Assembly (NCBI GenBank): GCA_963801865.1
Contig: CAWDGY010000008.1
Coordinates: 30,440-94,439 of the forward strand
Direction: 5' to 3'
Source: an uncultured Gammaproteobacteria bacterium
GTDB taxonomy: Bacteria; Pseudomonadota; Gammaproteobacteria; Steroidobacterales; Steroidobacteraceae
DNA: 64,000 bases
Under the pieces are notes generated by a model. That model was not told the DNA's origin. It searched no databases and saw only the letters and a list, made by a program, of their open reading frames with translations. The stretch's first letter is position 1. Each line of letters begins with the position of its first letter. This document shows, piece by piece, positions 62,056-64,000 of this stretch. The translations under genes and the position numbers were made by a program.

Positions 62056-64000
62056 ATGACGCAACGATCCCCGTACGAAGACATCGACCCCACGGAAACT
62101 CAGGAGTGGCTCGAATCCATCGAGTCGGTCATGCGTGCGCAGGGCCCCGAGCGCGCGCATTTTCTGCTCGAGAAGTTGGTCGACTTCACGCGCCGTTCCG
62201 GCGCCTATTTGCCCTTCAAACCGAATACCGCCTATCTCAATACCATCTCCAAGGCGCAGGAGCCGGACTATCCGGGCGACCGTTCGCTCGAGCGGCGCAA
62301 CGAAGCCTACATTCGCTGGAATGCGCTCGCCATGGTCGTGCAAGCCAATCGCGCCAGCTCCGAGTACGGCGGCCACATCGCAACCTACGCATCCGCTGCG
62401 ACGCTCTATGAGGTCGGATTCAATCACTTCTGGCGCGCCCGCAGCGCCGACCACCCGGGGGACATGATTTTCATCCAGGGACATTCGAGCCCCGGCATAT
62501 ACGCGCGGGCCTACCTCGAAGGGCGGCTGGACGAAGGTCAGCTGATGCGCTTTCGCCAGGAAGTGCGCGGCGATGGCCTGTCGTCCTATCCACATCCGTG
62601 GCTCATGCCGGATTTCTGGCAATTCCCCACGGTGTCGATGGGCCTGGGTCCGATGATGGCGATATTCCAGGCACGGTTCGTGCGCTATCTCGAGCATCGC
62701 GGCATCGTCCCGGCCTCCGACCGCAAGGTCTGGGCCTTTCTCGGCGACGGCGAGATGGACGAGCCGGAGTCGATGGGTGCCTTGACCATGCCCGTGCGCG
62801 AGAAGCTCGACAATCTGATCTTCGTGATCAATTGCAACCTGCAGCGTCTCGACGGTCCGGTGCGCGGCAACGGCAAGATCATCCAGGAGCTCGAGGCGGC
62901 TTTTCTCGGCGCCGGGTGGAATGTCATCAAAGTTCTGTGGGGTTCGCGCTGGGACCCGCTGCTCGAGCGCGATCACAAAGGGCTGCTCAAGCGCCTGATG
63001 GAAGAGTGCGTGGACGGCGAGTATCAGAATTTCAAATCGAAGGGCGGCGCCTACACCCGCGAGCATTTCTTCGGCAAGTATCCGGAGCTGAAGGAAATGG
63101 TCGCCAATATGTCCGATGAGGAAATATGGCGGCTCAATCGCGGCGGACATGATCCGCAGAAAGTCTTTGCTGCTTACAGTTCTGCGGTAGCGAACAAGGG
63201 CTCACCGACCGTGATACTCGCGAAGACGGTCAAGGGTTTCGGCCTCGGCAAGGCCGCCGAGGGACTCAACGTCGCCCACCAGCAAAAAAAGCTCGGCGAC
63301 GAGGCGCTCAAAGCGGTTCGCGACCGCTTCAACATCCAGATTTCCGATGAGGAGATCGCCGGATTGACCTTTCGCAAGCCGGTGCCCGAAAGCGAAGAGA
63401 TGAAATACCTGCAGCAGCGCCGAGCCGATCTCGGCGGCTATTTGCCGGCGCGCAATTCATCGGCGCCGCCGCTGATCGTGCCGCCGCTCGAAGCGTTCAG
63501 CGCGCTTTTGGAGGGCACGAACGATCGCGAGATTTCCACCACCATGGCGCTGGTGCGCATCCTCACCATCCTGGTCAAGGACAAGAACGTCGGCAGGCAC
63601 ATCGTGCCGATCGTGCCGGACGAGGCGCGCACCTTCGGCATGGAGGGCATGTTTCGGCAAGTCGGCATTTATTCCTCGGTGGGTCAGCTGTACACCCCGC
63701 AGGATGCCGACCAGCTCATGTTCTACCGCGAGGACAAACAAGGCCAGATTCTCGAGGAGGGAATCAACGAGGCGGGCAGTCTGTGCTCGTGGCTCGCCGC
63801 GGCGACCGCCTACTCCAATCATGGCGTCAGCATGGTGCCATTCTACATTTACTATTCGATGTTCGGTTTTCAGCGCGTCGGGGACTTCATTTGGGCGGCG
63901 GGCGACAGTCAGGCGCGCGGTTTCCTGATCGGCGGCACTGCCGGTCGCACGACGCTCGCGGGCGAGGGATTGCAGCATCAAGACGGCCACAGCCAGTTGG
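62056..64000 (+). CDS. aceE: Pyruvate dehydrogenase E1 component, homodimeric type, 3'-truncated by the window edge
   Basis: Not in the ORF track because it has no stop inside the window. My translation from the ATG at 62056 gives MTQRSPYEDIDPTETQEWLESIESV..., GHSSPGIYARAYLEGRL, the ThDP motif FLGDGEMDEPES...NLIFVINCNLQRLDGPVRGN, and ...TLAGEGLQHQDGHSQL, with no stop through nt 64000. Confidence 0.9.
   Translation, partial: MTQRSPYEDIDPTETQEWLESIESVMRAQGPERAHFLLEKLVDFTRRSGAYLPFKPNTAYLNTISKAQEPDYPGDRSLERRNEAYIRWNALAMVVQANRASSEYGGHIATYASAATLYEVGFNHFWRARSADHPGDMIFIQGHSSPGIYARAYLEGRLDEGQLMRFRQEVRGDGLSSYPHPWLMPDFWQFPTVSMGLGPMMAIFQARFVRYLEHRGIVPASDRKVWAFLGDGEMDEPESMGALTMPVREKLDNLIFVINCNLQRLDGPVRGNGKIIQELEAAFLGAGWNVIKVLWGSRWDPLLERDHKGLLKRLMEECVDGEYQNFKSKGGAYTREHFFGKYPELKEMVANMSDEEIWRLNRGGHDPQKVFAAYSSAVANKGSPTVILAKTVKGFGLGKAAEGLNVAHQQKKLGDEALKAVRDRFNIQISDEEIAGLTFRKPVPESEEMKYLQQRRADLGGYLPARNSSAPPLIVPPLEAFSALLEGTNDREISTTMALVRILTILVKDKNVGRHIVPIVPDEARTFGMEGMFRQVGIYSSVGQLYTPQDADQLMFYREDKQGQILEEGINEAGSLCSWLAAATAYSNHGVSMVPFYIYYSMFGFQRVGDFIWAAGDSQARGFLIGGTAGRTTLAGEGLQHQDGHSQL

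Noticed and set aside
61948-63150. 400-aa minus-strand ORF
   Set aside because: It is antisense to aceE, whose plus-strand frame is open to the window end and matches E1 motifs throughout.
1-64000. Mobile elements, genomic island borders, tRNA/rRNA genes
   Set aside because: I recognised no transposase, integrase, phage or conjugation motifs in any frame. The larger intergenic regions show no T-loop/acceptor-stem tRNA signature. The only compositional outliers are short AT-rich promoter regions (37228-37410, 42791-42900).

Overview
GC-rich, densely packed chromosomal segment from a Gram-negative, proteobacterial-type genome (RND, TonB and lipoprotein genes, lipid A-type acyltransferases). 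I support about 55 protein-coding genes. All calls rest on reading the supplied translations for family motifs, start-codon and Shine-Dalgarno context and gene junctions; no database search was possible. I found no rRNA, tRNA, CRISPR array, transposase, integrase or phage gene. Gene content in order: (1) RND efflux operon in the order permease-adaptor-OMF, 5'-truncated by the window edge. (2) LLM oxidoreductase, SnoaL-like and CoxG-like genes behind a decayed FAD-oxidoreductase remnant. (3) Cyclic-nucleotide-binding / thioredoxin-reductase-fold fusion lacking the CxxC. (4) TPR-GGDEF cyclase. (5) Di-haem cytochrome c peroxidase, divergent from an ECF sigma factor. (6) The sigma factor's partner Ser/Thr kinase, broken by two +1 frameshifts. 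(7) Fused membrane/spermidine-synthase-like protein. (8) TonB-dependent receptor. (9) Ferritin-like di-iron protein, APC permease and several small redox proteins. (10) Lipoprotein built of five tandem ~113-aa repeats. (11) Two PAS-GGDEF-EAL genes flanking a four-gene cassette: LpxL-like acyltransferase, fatty-acyl-AMP ligase fused to a carrier domain, cytochrome P450, DUF374/LpxJ-like acyltransferase. (12) LysR-azoR-pirin module. (13) Tightly coupled six-gene copper operon: cupredoxin/NosD-like lipoprotein, two PLDc_N small membrane proteins, Tat-exported two-domain multicopper oxidase, SCO1/SenC, TetR. (14) Beta-propeller/phosphoesterase fusion. (15) emrRCAB-type MFS efflux operon with a consensus promoter. 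(16) Housekeeping genes nadC, DUF1289 gene, grxD, rnt, pyrC, M17 peptidase, and a 3'-truncated aceE that is absent from the ORF track. The two best candidates for something undescribed are the FAAL-ACP/P450/two-acyltransferase cassette and the copper operon. Many long ORFs in the track are antisense artefacts of the high GC content and were rejected.
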